A stretch of 64,000 nucleotides of DNA from Savitreella phatthalungensis (GCA_051599415.1 AP039712.1:1-64000), one strand, 5' to 3'; shown: positions 11,098 through 23,232, numbered from the stretch's first letter. Notes: generated by a model not told the origin, from the sequence alone. Numbers and translations are program-made.

Positions 11098-12190
11098 ATG
11101 TGTAGCAGGCAGGACGAAGGGGCCAAGGATGACAACGATTCTGTCGATGGCCAACAGCACGAGAAGCGCAAAGTCAAGCTTGGATACATCCGGCAGTCAG
11201 TTGCATGTTGTGAGTCGTCCAGATCCAGTGCTGAGAGCGCGACTGACAGACTAACACCAATCAGCATACTGCCGCATACGCAAAATACGCTGCATTGTGG
11301 CTCAAGATAGTCGAGATGGCCGCTGCGAGAACTGTATAAGACTAGGAAAGCATTGTGTATACGTCCGTGTGGGCGAGAACCATCCTTTGGAGGCGCTCAA
11401 TCGCCCGCAAGCTGGCTCACGCTCGCGCAGGCTTGATGCGAGACCGATGCAGGATATGTGGTATGCTGGAATGTCGATTGGCTCAGCTCCTGTTACGCCG
11501 TTGCTACCACCAGCAGGCTTAGCCGGAGGATTTCCGGTCGCCGTCGCCGGCTACCGAGAGACAACTAATCCTAGGCCGGGCCTGCCGCACAGGCACACCG
11601 CACCGTTCGCGATGTCTGATCCCCTTCAGCCGGGCGCATTGCCACTCTGGAACACAAGCGTTGACGACTCAGGACTTACATACGCTCTCCCGACCACGCG
11701 TTCCAGATCGCTAGATCAGCAGATGCTTGAGACAGGTGACGCAGGTCAGTACGCTTCATCATCCATGGCATGCGACATGCGACACACACACGGTGTCAAC
11801 AGCCTCTATCCGTTTACAGTACAGACTGCATCAAGCACGACCACGACAACGTCCGATGAATACGAGAGCGAATTTGTCTTCGACTTGCCTGCCGACACGT
11901 CCACATCACCATCGCCGCTGATTACGGGTGGCACGACGCCGAACGATTGGACATCGGTCCCGGCAGCGGCAGAGCTCGCAGCAGCCGTCGCCATGCAGCA
12001 AACGAGCTCTTATGGAGAGCAATTGATCAGCCGGCAAACGTCCAGACCCCGCGAGAGGCCTGTGCCATATGCAGTCGGATATCAATCAGGGAACTCAAGG
12101 ATGCGTGCGGCGCATGCTGCGCGGTTTGTGCTGCCGCATCATGAACAGCATAGAAATGAACAGGACCCGCATGATTCGAGTCGGCAATGA
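11098..12190 (+). CDS. Zn(II)2Cys6 transcription factor, 2 exons (11098-11209, 11265-12190)
   Basis: Splicing GTGAGT..CTAAC..CAG gives KLGYIRQSVACSYCRIRKIRCIVAQDSRDGRCENCIRLGKHC, a complete six-cysteine cluster. Confidence 0.9.
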
Positions 12191-12204
12191 AAAGCTCAAT
12201 ATAT

Positions 12205-12357
12205 TTACTGCGCTCCGGATGCACCGAGATATGCCCAGTCATCGTCGTCGTCGCCGGCTGTGTGACTAATATTCATGGACGCTGCACCATTGAAGCTGGC
12301 TGGCGTTGCGCTCGTTTGCACCGCTGATTGTGGTTGATGCGTAGAATATGATTGTTG

Positions 12358-12388
<31 letters not shown>

Positions 12389-14685
12389 TGGTGGTGGTGG
12401 TGTTGGTGGTGGTGCTGGTGGTTGTAGACGTTGTTCGGCGAGAAAAACATAGCATTGCCACCGCCGGTATAGGAAGACGCGGTTGAGGCGCTGCCGTCCT
12501 CTCCTACGCGAGCTTTCTTGGGTACTTGGAAAGGCCTGGCTTGCATGTTGTGCTGTTGCTGTGGAGCAAATGCGCCTTGTCGGAGTGATAATGTTTCCGA
12601 CTTGAAGCTGGAGCTTAGCGGGCCTGAAAGCACGGGCGAGGCGAGTTGACTACTTAGAGCACCAGATGCCGGTGGCGGCGTGTTTTCCGCCGAGTTCGTA
12701 GTGTTCGGAGACGTGGTATTCGACTGCGCATACACATGCGAACGAGCATAATGATGCGGCTGTGATTGATTTCCGATAGTGATTGCGGGTTTAGGCGATG
12801 GTCGGATCCCAGCATTGGATCGAATCGGAGGTGGGTTCGAGATTGTTGTCGTCGATGAGACATTGGCCGAGCCGGCATTGCCCGAACGATTGCGCTTTTT
12901 GATCACATCCGTCTTGAGCGACAGAGGTCGCACGACCCCGTGCAGCTTGAGGAACAGTCCGCATGCGTTGCACAAGGGCTGTCCCTCTGGATTACGACGC
13001 CAAAGTGGCGTGGTCTGTGTGCCACAATTCGTGCATTGGGGTTGCTCGGCTGTCGATTCTTTGGAAGCGGAATCTGATGAAATCGCTGCGGATGTACGAC
13101 TTCCGTCTGGGGACTGCGCTCGCGAGGATCTGCCTGATCTCGATGCCATTGTCAATGTCGCTGCCGGCGTCATTGTTGTTGCTGCTGCTGTTGTTGTTGC
13201 TGTAGCAGCGGTGTTGACCTCGGTACTGGCAATCGTTCCTGCCTTCACATCCAGATACGGTTCAGGATGCCCAGTCGCGCTCCGACCCGAGGCAGTGACG
13301 GAGGACGGACGAATCTGCGTCATCGACAGACTCATGGCGCTTGGCATCGAATTATTGCGGGGGAGACCGCTGCGCTTCGACATAGAGTTCTGTCGAGAAT
13401 GGTGCAGACGTCTCCCTTCTCCGTTATTAGGCCGCTTGACTGTGGTACCTGTGCCTCTGCCTGCTGATGATGAGAGCTGCGGCCTCGTAGCGCCCTGAAC
13501 AGTGTCGATTTGATCGGACAGATTTGAGCGAGCTGGAAACTCGCGCGAAAAATCCATGACTTCACCCATGTGGTCCTCCTCCGCAAAGCTGAAGATCGGC
13601 CTACTCGCGAAGCTCCCGGGCATTATCTGATTTGGGTCGATGTGCTGATGCTGCTGTTGTGTCGGGAGGAACGAGCTTGCGGACGCGTATGAGGGCGCGT
13701 GCCCGCTGCCCAGTGAAGAAGGCGAAAAAACATCAGCGAGACTTTGATAAGAAGCAGACGCGTCGATAAATGAGGTGACCGGACTTGTAGCAGCAAAGTC
13801 CTGAACGTGATTGGCGTGTCTGGCTGCCATGAGATTCTGTTGTAAAAGAGATGGAGCTCGCTGGGCAGTGGGGAAATTTGGCAACCCGGTCGCCGGCTGC
13901 ATTGATCCTCGTCGGAGACTGTCCTGAAGACTCGCCACAGTTACTGTTGGCCCAGCGTTGAAGAAGCCAGTTTCTTGAGACTCGCTGATCGGATGCGGCG
14001 TGGTTACTTGCGATGTTGGTCCGGACGCCATCGGTGTTGTGAAGGCGTGCGAGCCTATTGAAGAAGCCATCGAGTGCATGCTGCTGCCAAACATCATGAG
14101 TTCATGCGCTGCCTCGAGACCGCATGTTTGTGAGAACCCTTCTGGCCCCTCCATGGCAAGTGGATCTAGCCCGAAGAGATTTGGGTGCGAAGTATGCAAG
14201 GGGAACTGTGGTGGATCTGACAGCATGCTTGCCGCGATCTCGCCATTCAAGTAGTAGTCAGTAGGACTTGCCACTTCTTCCTGGCGCTGAGGCTGCATTT
14301 GCTGATGTTCTGTTTGCGAGCGAGCATGATGATCGCTAGCATCCGCTGCAGTGATAAAGGGGGAGAAATCTGCAGGTCGCTTCTCCCTCGTTCCACGAGC
14401 GGAAGGGCGCGAGCCCGGCTCGTTTAGCGAAGTTTCTGTGACAGCCCGCGCATCGCGTTCAGCTGCTTCCTTCCTCAGATTCATGGCCATCATGCGCCAA
14501 GACAAGTTTTCCATGCGGGCAGCATTGGGTAATTCGTTCTTCTGTTTAGTGTACATGCGCCATATCTGCGCAGCAATGCCGTCTTTCCCAGCGACCTCGC
14601 CTGTATCGTCTTCGCCTGATACATTTGCGAAAGGCAGCGTTGCTGAGGCCAAGACCTCATCTGCGCGTGAGCGTCCAGTCGTCAT
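12205..14685 (-). CDS. areA: GATA nitrogen regulator, AreA/Gat1/Nit-2 type
   Basis: Zinc finger [51 protein letters not shown]-terminal [18 protein letters not shown] motif, and C-terminal DWAYL resembling the AreA terminal motif. Confidence 0.93.
12352..12424. repeat. Coding trinucleotide repeat giving a poly-H/poly-Q tract in AreA
   Basis: (TTG)n(CTG)n(GTG)n runs; protein [24 protein letters not shown]. Confidence 0.9.
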
Positions 14686-15126
14686 TATGTTCGCCCTAAC
14701 AGGGGCGGTCGCTGCCGTAGATATATGCTCAGTAGCGGCGCCCGGTCAGCGCGTGCGCAGAAAGGCGCCTCGTGATGCTCTTGCAACGTTGTCCGCGCAC
14801 GTGTGTAGGATGGACTGCCGGTCTTCAATGGCGCAAACGACGTCTGTTCCTTTCCAGGTCTACCGCTCTGTAGCAGTACGCAAATCCCATCAACGCTTTT
14901 CATCAGCACGAGGATTTTAGCTAGTCCACATGTGGATTGATCGCAGTCAGATGCACGACGAAATGCCATAACTTGCCTAGAGCTCGATGTGTCTGAAAAG
15001 AACTTTATACACGAAATCACGCCCTGAGAGCTCACCAAGACGGGTAAGGGTTTACCGGGCTTATAGCATCCGTCGCGCGAACACTTGTTGACAAGACCGC
15101 GAGCAATACTGCGCGCTCTCGACGCG

Positions 15127-16179
15127 ATGCAGTCGAGTCAGTCGATGTACAATCTGGGCACACCAGCGTCAGGACAATATGTGCCGTCCCACCTCCGTCA
15201 ACATATCGGAGGCGGTAGTCCATCGTCCACCAGACAGCAAGTCTTGCCGCTGCGAAGATCTAGTACTGTAAGTCGATTCGGCGGTGCATCCTTTGGCACG
15301 CCTCGTACCATCCGGCATCCCTCTAGAGGAACACATGGCCACGAGGATCATACTTCCACGAGCTTTGACGAAGCTCCTCCTATGGCAAGCATTTACGACG
15401 CAGAAGTGACGTCCTCATCTAACGCCCCTCCATCCCTTGCTCGTGGTCAGGCGAACGTAGAATCGCCGGTCTCGCCACCATACAAGACGAATTATGCGCC
15501 CCGCTCGGCTGTCATCGTCTTTGGTTTTCCCGATCAGCTTCTCGATCATGTGCTAGAATATTTCGGGCGGTTCGGTAGCATTGTCGAATACGCTCAGAGC
15601 GCAGCCTCATCCATAGCCATCGAACGAGAAGTTGGGCGCAACTGGCTCAGGCTGACTTATCAGGATACTGCAAGCGCAAGTCGCGCCGTCGCTGCGAACG
15701 GTGTTCTTCTCGGGGATGCTTTCATGATCGGATGCGTCTGGGCTGGTGACGAGCCCGAGATACGGCCGTCTCAGCGTGGTGATGATGCTATGGAGATCGA
15801 TCCAAAGACACCGGAACAACGACAGCCTTCGACTCGGCCACTGAAAATGCCTGTAGGAGAGCACATGCAGCCGCAGACTCTGCATCTAGACAGTGACTCA
15901 CCCACATCTCCACCTAAGAGCCCAGCAGCAGTGCGTGTCTCCGGCGGTACACGAATAAAACTACTGACGAGCGAGGACATCTACAAGCAACACGTCGCGA
16001 CATCCTCTCCAGATCCGCAGTCGGCCTCAAACCTTGCTGACTGGCTGTCCGGCTGGATGTCTAGTTCGAAGAACAAAGTCGAGCCGATGCCCGCGACAAC
16101 CTCCAAATCTGTACAGCAAACCGCGCAAAAACAATCTTCACTACTCCGTACTTTGGTGGACATTGTATTTGGTTTCTAG
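15127..16179 (+). CDS. Nucleoporin Nup53/Nup35-like (RRM) protein; exact start uncertain
   Basis: PPMASIYD, AVIVFGFP...VLEYFGRFGSI, NWLRLTY...A.RAVAANGVLL...MIGC, and a C-terminal amphipathic helix ..LVDIVFGF. Confidence 0.85.
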   Translation: MQSSQSMYNLGTPASGQYVPSHLRQHIGGGSPSSTRQQVLPLRRSSTVSRFGGASFGTPRTIRHPSRGTHGHEDHTSTSFDEAPPMASIYDAEVTSSSNAPPSLARGQANVESPVSPPYKTNYAPRSAVIVFGFPDQLLDHVLEYFGRFGSIVEYAQSAASSIAIEREVGRNWLRLTYQDTASASRAVAANGVLLGDAFMIGCVWAGDEPEIRPSQRGDDAMEIDPKTPEQRQPSTRPLKMPVGEHMQPQTLHLDSDSPTSPPKSPAAVRVSGGTRIKLLTSEDIYKQHVATSSPDPQSASNLADWLSGWMSSSKNKVEPMPATTSKSVQQTAQKQSSLLRTLVDIVFGF

Positions 16180-16305
16180 ATAGGGACGACTTTTGCCGGT
16201 CCAAACTACAAATAAACACTTTGTAAGTGACGAACGTGAAATGGTCATAAAGAAAGTTGGGTCGTCAGGACATGATATATCGGCCGGGTTGTTAGTGCAC
16301 AAGGC

Positions 16306-16848
16306 CTATGCATGTGTTTTCAGGTGGCGCCGCAGGTTGGAACGCACGGAGAAGGACTTGTCGCATCCGGCGACCGTGCAGGAGAACGGTCGCTCGCCTG
16401 TGTGTGAATGCAAATGGATCTTCAAAGAGGAAGGTCGTGAGAATGGCTTGAAGCATTGTTCGCAAACATATCTATCACGCCCGGCTCCGGAAAAGGATGA
16501 GGCCGAAGCGGCTGACGACATCTCAGTTGGAGAGTCCGATCGGGTCGGGCGTGCCTCTGCTTCGTAATGACGGATGGGTCCGCCCGCATAGTGTACCGGA
16601 TGGATACTTGTTTGTGCGATAAGACCTGGCAAAGGCGCCAGCTGTCTGCTGAAGGATCCGCGGTGAGATTCGGGGGACGCGCAGGGCGATGCGACGTGCC
16701 TTGCGCGGGTTTGTGCATCGATGTCTGCGAGTAAGCTCTTGATGGACGGCAGTGTCATCGAGCGCGTGTGTTCTGTCGTGGTGCAATTACTGCTTGCAGG
16801 GCTCGGCGGCATGTTGAGATATGGTGATGTGAGAGTTGCAACGTTCAT
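16306..16848 (-). CDS. C2H2 zinc-finger transcription factor (two fingers, Nrg1-like architecture)
   Basis: YVCEQCFKPFSRPSSLKIHLHSHTGERPFSCTVAGCDKSFSVRSNLRRHLKTH; TLPSI motif. Confidence 0.9.
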   Translation of the reverse strand: MNVATLTSPYLNMPPSPASSNCTTTEHTRSMTLPSIKSLLADIDAQTRARHVASPCASPESHRGSFSRQLAPLPGLIAQTSIHPVHYAGGPIRHYEAEARPTRSDSPTEMSSAASASSFSGAGRDRYVCEQCFKPFSRPSSLKIHLHSHTGERPFSCTVAGCDKSFSVRSNLRRHLKTHA

Positions 16849-19800
16849 GTTAGGCGTCCTGAAAAGAATAGTGTCGCCGTATATGGGGACCGGGGATCTT
16901 GATATATGCTGGCAACGATTCTAGCACTCTGCAAACCGTAGTTCCTCCCAGACTGTACACAGTCTCAATGCCAGATCAAGGATTGATGGATAATATCAAT
17001 CCTTGTGGGGCTCGATCTGCAGGGTGGATGAGGAGCGAGAGCCAAGGCTGGAAAATTTCAAGCGTCACGCCCAGGGTCGATCCTCGGACGAAGCCCATTT
17101 TCTTGTACGCAAACGAGCGCACGCGGACATAGCTCACTCCACCAGTTCTGAGCGCTCACCCTTCGGCTAATCAGCCGCGCAGAAGGCAACATCTCCGAGT
17201 CGTCCAAGCACCATCACACGGTGGGCAGGCCGGAGATCGGTCGATCCTCTTGGAGAATCTGTTGCCCGTGAATTTTGTCGATCCAGTGGGGGGAGCGTTC
17301 GCAACCAGAAGCTGGGAGGGGAGCACGAATGAATTCAATACTTGTGACATGCTCCTCCGAGGCCGATCCTCCACAGAGTCACGCGCCACGCATGTCACAG
17401 TCATACCATCATCCGGCTCGTATAGCCAGACTGCCTACGGCGCTCTATCCCTTTTAGGTAGTCCAGACGAGCACCACGCCAGATTTGCTTTTTCTGACCA
17501 ATGACGCCTGTTGATCTCCCAAGCAAATCTCTCACAAGATCTCCCGTGCATATCGAAAATTTCCTGATCGCATATCTCTCTTAGAAACGGGCGCAGCCGG
17601 CTCAATGTGGCTCCAGTAAGTATGCAACAGGTTTTTCCCATACGATCGAATGCAGAAGATCTTGGATCGCTTGAGGAAAGCACGAAATCTGACCGATGGC
17701 CTGCATGTCGACCGATGTGTCGGGTAAGGATTCAGATTTTGATACACGTGAAAGCGCTTTTTTGTATCTTGTCAGCCTGCGTAAGGATCTGTGCAGCTCG
17801 AGAAGTCTTGTGGCTTTGTGCCGAGAATCAAAGCCGTGCACGTCGCATCGAGGAGCGCAACGTGATCGGTGCATTTGAGCCCTGAGCTGCATCGTTAAGA
17901 TTTTCTGGATCGCAAGAAATGCTCCGGGATGCCATCCAGTGCCATCATGGATACTCCGAGGCAGTGCTTGAGATCGTTTCACCATTTCGTATGCTATCTT
18001 TATATTGAAGGAGGGCTCTTGCGACACACAGCTCGCTCGCGAGCTCAGCCATGTCGAGCCCCGCGCATACACGCATTTGCGCGTGCAGTCGCACGACAAC
18101 TTGTACTTGGCTCATCAATGTACCGCGAGAAAAGCACGATTGCTATCTATAGAGACCTGTTACAATCATGCCCGGAACCTCGCAAAGATGTGCGAGACAC
18201 ATCACGTTCTGTCCAATATATTCCGCGAATCGAGGAATTGCGTAGGGCGCAATGCCAAAGAAAGACTTCCATCGATCGAATGGATCATCGCGCAGAATTT
18301 TGTCGACCGCGGCTGGCCCAACTAAGGAACTTGATAGTCATTAGCCACTACATTGTCGTTCATAAACCAGACCAATGACAAATTTTTCGGCGTGTTATCG
18401 TTCTTGTCTGGGGCAGGACATGTCGTACATCCCACAGCCAACGCACGCTCATTCAACGATAGCGCATTTTTACAGGCGTCTTTATATGATCGGACCTTGC
18501 AAGCCATGGGGCTTTAGTGGAGATGATCGCGGCGTGGCAAGGCAGCGAGTCCAAGACGCGACAGTGGTGTGGTATGCAAGCTCGGTGTGTTCGACAGACT
18601 GAGGCGATCTATCGATTTCGCCTCTGTATGTCATTAAGTCGAGTTGATTGCTTCTGAAGCGAGGACCGTTTTAGCTCTCCTGCTTCACTTCGGCTGGCGC
18701 GACTTGTGATGAGGACGCGCGCCGCGCTAGAGGTTGCTTCTGCCAGACGAGCGATTATAGACAGCCTGGCGCAAGTCCTGGGCAGCAGACATGTTCTTTG
18801 AATCAGAGCGTGTGGCGACACGATGTCCAGGAGTGTGCGGCAGCATTACCAGTCAGCTGAAGACTTGCTTGGCTTAGATACCGCGAAGCGTGGTTGCAAC
18901 CATGCATTCCAGTTGATTGGTCAGGCGAGCTGATGTGCTATTTCTGTCCGGGCCGTTCCATCTTTGATATAGTTCGATTGTGATCATTGTGCATGTTCCA
19001 GTGACGATCCTTGGCAGAGACAGCTAGGCTCCAGCGGGCACTCTCCCTGAAGGCCTCAGCGTTCTCGAATGGGGATGAGCTTGGTGGATCAGGGGCAATG
19101 TGCCGCGCCTCAGACTGGCTTTGTTTTGATGGTATCAAATTGATTACTTTACAGATTGAAACAAATTCACCCCTCGCAGAGCTCGATCCTGCCGCAGGTC
19201 ATACTCAGAGTCTTGGCCAAGGCAACTGTTGTCCAGGCTGAGCCCACATGAAAACGCGATTTAAATTTTCGAAAAAGCTCACCAGGCTTAAGCCCTAAAC
19301 TTCGTTCCAGTCCAGCGTTAAAAATCACTGGTCCAGCTAAAGGCAATACTTAATCGAATACAAAGCAACAAGTTGAAAATTAGGTCGAAACTCCCTGTAC
19401 GCGTGAAGGCGCAGCAGGCAAACCTAGCTAAAACACTGTTCCTGTTACTTTTTATATATCATTCCCAGCTTCCTGTGCTTGACGGTCTCCAGCTATTGCC
19501 AATACTCGGGGTATGATTGATTGGATTTAAAATATTGTCAGAGTTGCGAGAGACGAAAGGCCCGGGAGTCGCACAGGCTCCGACACGGAGATCCACCAAG
19601 TCAGTGAGTGAGCATATGCTTGTGCGCGTGTGTCGACGGTGGTACCGGCGCGGTAGGAGGTCCTCGTGTGCATGCCAGTTCCTTGTCCTGCTTTGATTCT
19701 TGCTGTGTTCGTCTGTAGAACCGTTTGGGCCATCGACCACAGCATTCTTGCGGAAAATCGGTCGGAAAGCAACAATTTTGGGAACCTTGTAGAGGCCAAT

Positions 19801-19951
19801 CTGTCGACCAGCGCTTGCGTCCCCAGTCTTAGAGTTTCGCTACAATTCTGCGCGACAAGTATCGAAGCCTCATTTCGCTGGTCACGCTTGTTCCTGCTAT
19901 CGGCTTCCGCAGCCACAATCGCTGAAGAGTTCTCGGCGCTGATCAGGACGC

Positions 19952-22108
19952 ATGCCCTCGACGATGGGAGTGTCTTCGCCAGACTCGAGCCGGTTGCGAG
20001 TGCTATCGGTCGGTAGCAACGCCGTCTCGGCCTTCATCTCATGGAGGCTGCAAGAGTCTCGCGCAGCTGACGTGACACTCGTTTGGCGATCTCAGTGCGA
20101 GGCTGTCCAGCAATATGGTCTCAGCTTCAGGTCAGACGTGTTTGGTCATGATCGATTCAGGCCCGGACGTGCAGTTAGAACTGTGGAGGAGGCTGCACAG
20201 GCGCACGAAGGCTATGACTACGTCTTCGTGTGTGTCAAAGCGCTTCCGGATGTGTACGACCTGGCAGAGGTCATTCGACCAGTCGTAACACCATCACACA
20301 CGTGCATCGTTCTGAACACCACGTCCGCCATCGGTATTGAAGACAGACTGATGGAAGCATACCCACGTAATATGCTGCTATCGCTGTGTTCAAGCGTTGA
20401 TATAACACAGACAGGTCCGCTCGACTTCGAACACAATGGCGCAAAGAATGTGCATGTCGGCGCTGTACGCTCGAATGCAACGCTCCCTCCCGAGGCTCAG
20501 CAAGATATGACGGAATCTCTCGTACTCACTCTCGAGGCCGGAGGCGTCGACTGCGGCCAGACGCAGAATATTCGTAAACATCAATGGGAGCGGCTGATGG
20601 GTCCGATATCCCTTTTCAGCGTCGCCTGCCTTTCGCAACAGCCTGATCTCTCGCAGCTATTGAAGGAAGAGCGCACTTCGACATTGGTCAACAATATTTT
20701 CGATGAGTTGCTAGCTCTAGCGGACCGTCAAGGTTGTGACTACAGCTTTGACTTTAAGCAGCGTACCCTATCGCGCATGACAGCGACTAATGCACCCAAG
20801 GTTGCTAACACGATGTGGCAGGACCTACAGGCGCGCCGTCCTCTCGAGATTGAGGTGTACCTGGCGACTCCCCTACGCATGGCTCGGGAAGTCGATTTGG
20901 CCGTGCCAAGGCTCGAGGCTGTCTACGCGCTACTTTATCAGCTCAACAAGTCTAACCAGGAGATTGCTCCTGCGCTAGGTGGCGCTGCTCCTCCAGCTCA
21001 GCGCCTCGCGCCACAACACACTGGGCAGAGCATGATGATGGGCGGACAGATGCGTCCCATGCTCCAGAGAAATATGACGGACGGAATGGCTATGCAGGGT
21101 AATCCCAATTCTGGCCGTGCGATGTCACTCATGTACGGCCCGCCGCCCCAGCAGCAGTCGTATCAGAACAATGGGTTCGGCAGAGGACCACCGCCAGCGG
21201 CGCGGCCGCCGGGTCCTCGTGCCATCTCCCGCCAGAACTCCTTAGACGGACTAGAAGAATTTGCCGTCTACAACGAGATGTACGAAGGTGAACAGTCACA
21301 GGGCGACGCTCGTCGTCCGCGTGCACAAGAGAACGGCTCTCGCGGGACATTCGCCAATATGAACAAGCGCCTCGCAAATATGCGTGTCGGAAAAGGGAAA
21401 AGTCGAAGGCACGCTGCTTTTGATGAAGATGATGACGAAGATGACGTATACGAAGACCCTCAGCATGCGAATGGACAATACGCGCATGTCGATCCGGATC
21501 AGGTCGATATGTTAGCTATGACAAGACGAGCTGGCAGAGCATCTTCAATGGGCAACCGAGCGCCTTCGATGCACCCTGGTCGCGGCGGTAGCCGTCCTCC
21601 GGCGCGCCAGACTCGAAGTTCATCTCAGCTGCTTCTTGGATCCATGCCCGGAATGCACGACTCCATCACCCAATCGGCGCTCTTTGGCATGGGGGATAAC
21701 AGGTATGGCACTGTTGACAGCCGGTCACTGGTGAAAAATGGCGGCTCGCGCTCAAACACGATGCAGAGTTCAGTACAGCCACCGTCGCAGTCAAACAGGT
21801 CTGCCGGCCCACCGAACAGCATGCAATCTCGCGGGCCCTATCGCAATAATCAGGCTAACATGTCCACGCAGTCTCTTCGCAGCGGACCGCCCCCTCCAGC
21901 CATCCAGCGCCAGCAGATCCTAAGCTCGAGCAACGCGGCAGCAATGGCTGGCGGATACCCGACAATGACGAGTGAGAAGCCGACCGAGGGTCATCATGGT
22001 GGTAGTCGCAGTGTAACCGGTTCCGCTTCCGCCTCCTTCGGCAGTCTCGGCAAGTCATCTGGATCGTCCAGTAGTAGCCTTGAGCGACAGCAAGCGATGC
22101 ATCGCTGA
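19952..22108 (+). CDS. Ketopantoate-reductase-like (ApbA/ApbA_C) protein with a long disordered tail, Pam1/Svl3 family
   Basis: LRVLSVGSNAVSAFISWRLQ, YDYVFVCVKALPDVYDLA..I.PVVTP.HT, RRPLEIEVYLATP. The start may be 19964. Confidence 0.85.
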   Translation: MPSTMGVSSPDSSRLRVLSVGSNAVSAFISWRLQESRAADVTLVWRSQCEAVQQYGLSFRSDVFGHDRFRPGRAVRTVEEAAQAHEGYDYVFVCVKALPDVYDLAEVIRPVVTPSHTCIVLNTTSAIGIEDRLMEAYPRNMLLSLCSSVDITQTGPLDFEHNGAKNVHVGAVRSNATLPPEAQQDMTESLVLTLEAGGVDCGQTQNIRKHQWERLMGPISLFSVACLSQQPDLSQLLKEERTSTLVNNIFDELLALADRQGCDYSFDFKQRTLSRMTATNAPKVANTMWQDLQARRPLEIEVYLATPLRMAREVDLAVPRLEAVYALLYQLNKSNQEIAPALGGAAPPAQRLAPQHTGQSMMMGGQMRPMLQRNMTDGMAMQGNPNSGRAMSLMYGPPPQQQSYQNNGFGRGPPPAARPPGPRAISRQNSLDGLEEFAVYNEMYEGEQSQGDARRPRAQENGSRGTFANMNKRLANMRVGKGKSRRHAAFDEDDDEDDVYEDPQHANGQYAHVDPDQVDMLAMTRRAGRASSMGNRAPSMHPGRGGSRPPARQTRSSSQLLLGSMPGMHDSITQSALFGMGDNRYGTVDSRSLVKNGGSRSNTMQSSVQPPSQSNRSAGPPNSMQSRGPYRNNQANMSTQSLRSGPPPPAIQRQQILSSSNAAAMAGGYPTMTSEKPTEGHHGGSRSVTGSASASFGSLGKSSGSSSSSLERQQAMHR

Positions 22109-22246
22109 GAGCGTCCCGCAATGAGCCTAATCACGAACCTTTTCCGTCGCTCTCTCACAAGACACTCATGCATTCTCATTTTTCACTGACGACAATGACC
22201 CAGCGTCTCTTCGACTTAATGCTTTAGCTGCGGCTTCTCCGCTTTC

Positions 22247-22756
22247 TTACCAGTCGAGCTTATGCCCCAGATGGACGGCGTGAGCAATTAATGCAAACAT
22301 GCCTACGAGATTGACCGAGGCCGACAGCGAGTGAGCGATGTTGAATTGTGTGTTGATTGTGCTCATCTCTGGCGATACCTCTCGATCAGTGTACTTGGTT
22401 CCCGTGGCACGTTCCATCTTGTGCCGTCTATTCATGATGCTCGTTGTCCACGGACCAAGCACGAATAGATTGAGCATACCAGAGAATGCGACCAGCCCGC
22501 CAACTATAAGATCGTTGTATGTGGTTGTAGCTGATCGCAAGCTTGTTGAAAGCATTGTCACCCCACAGATCGATTGAATGGCAAATACAGGTGGAGTTAA
22601 CGCTGCCTGCAGATTGCCGAACTGCTGTCGGGGCAGCGTTTTATACGCTAGCGGGCCATTTACCAGACTGTGGTAGATCGTGGTCCCAGTGACGAGTCCG
22701 TAGGATAGCACGTGTATAGTCGAGTTACGGCTTGCATATTGCAGGTATGTATTCAT
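22247..22756 (-). CDS. TMEM205/DUF4149-type membrane protein
   Basis: H.LSYG...G...YHS...GP.AYKTLPRQQFGNLQ, LNLFVLGPWT, F...H.LS...NL; four hydrophobic segments. Confidence 0.85.
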   Translation of the reverse strand: MNTYLQYASRNSTIHVLSYGLVTGTTIYHSLVNGPLAYKTLPRQQFGNLQAALTPPVFAIQSICGVTMLSTSLRSATTTYNDLIVGGLVAFSGMLNLFVLGPWTTSIMNRRHKMERATGTKYTDREVSPEMSTINTQFNIAHSLSASVNLVGMFALIAHAVHLGHKLDW

Positions 22757-22998
22757 CGTCGCCGGTAACAGAAGGCTTTGTCGGAGTCTATTCTAGTGAA
22801 GGCTTTGCTGACGAGAGCGATCATTGATAATCCTGTGCGCGCGTGATCAATCATTGGCAGATCAATCACTGACAGTGACGCAACCGGGCTGTTCAATCAA
22901 TTGCACCGGCCGCTTGAGATATCGTCGCCATTTGATATATATCATTCGCGCTCGGGATAAGCGCACCTCAAGTGCGGTTCAACAGGCATCCCTACAAG

Positions 22999-23232
22999 AT
23001 GAGCAATAAGGAAGAGCAGAAGGTAAACGTTTGCTAAGATTGCGGTCGCTTCACGATTGCTGACCGTGTACAGTTTGGCATCGACAAGACCATGATGGAC
23101 CCGAAGGTGACCGATCCAAAGGCAACCACGGGCCCTGGTCACGTCCACCTCACAGACGAACAGATCGCTGGTCTGGAAAAGCCCAAGAGCAAGGAAGAGC
23201 TTCAGGAGCTGGCTGCAAAGCTCAACAAGTAG
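22999..23232 (+). CDS. 60-aa spliced microprotein (exons 22999-23022, 23074-23232), absent from the ORF track
   Basis: ATG in CAAGATG context; intron GTAAAC..GCTGAC..CAG. Product MSNKEEQKFGIDKTMMDPKVTDPKATTGPGHVHLTDEQIAGLEKPKSKEELQELAAKLNK, with strongly C/G-ending codons. Confidence 0.8.

Noticed and set aside
12779..13498. Long antisense ORFs over areA (also over WASP, DNF1, SMC5, CHS5)
   Set aside because: Shadow frames of GC-rich coding sequence, with no independent motifs.
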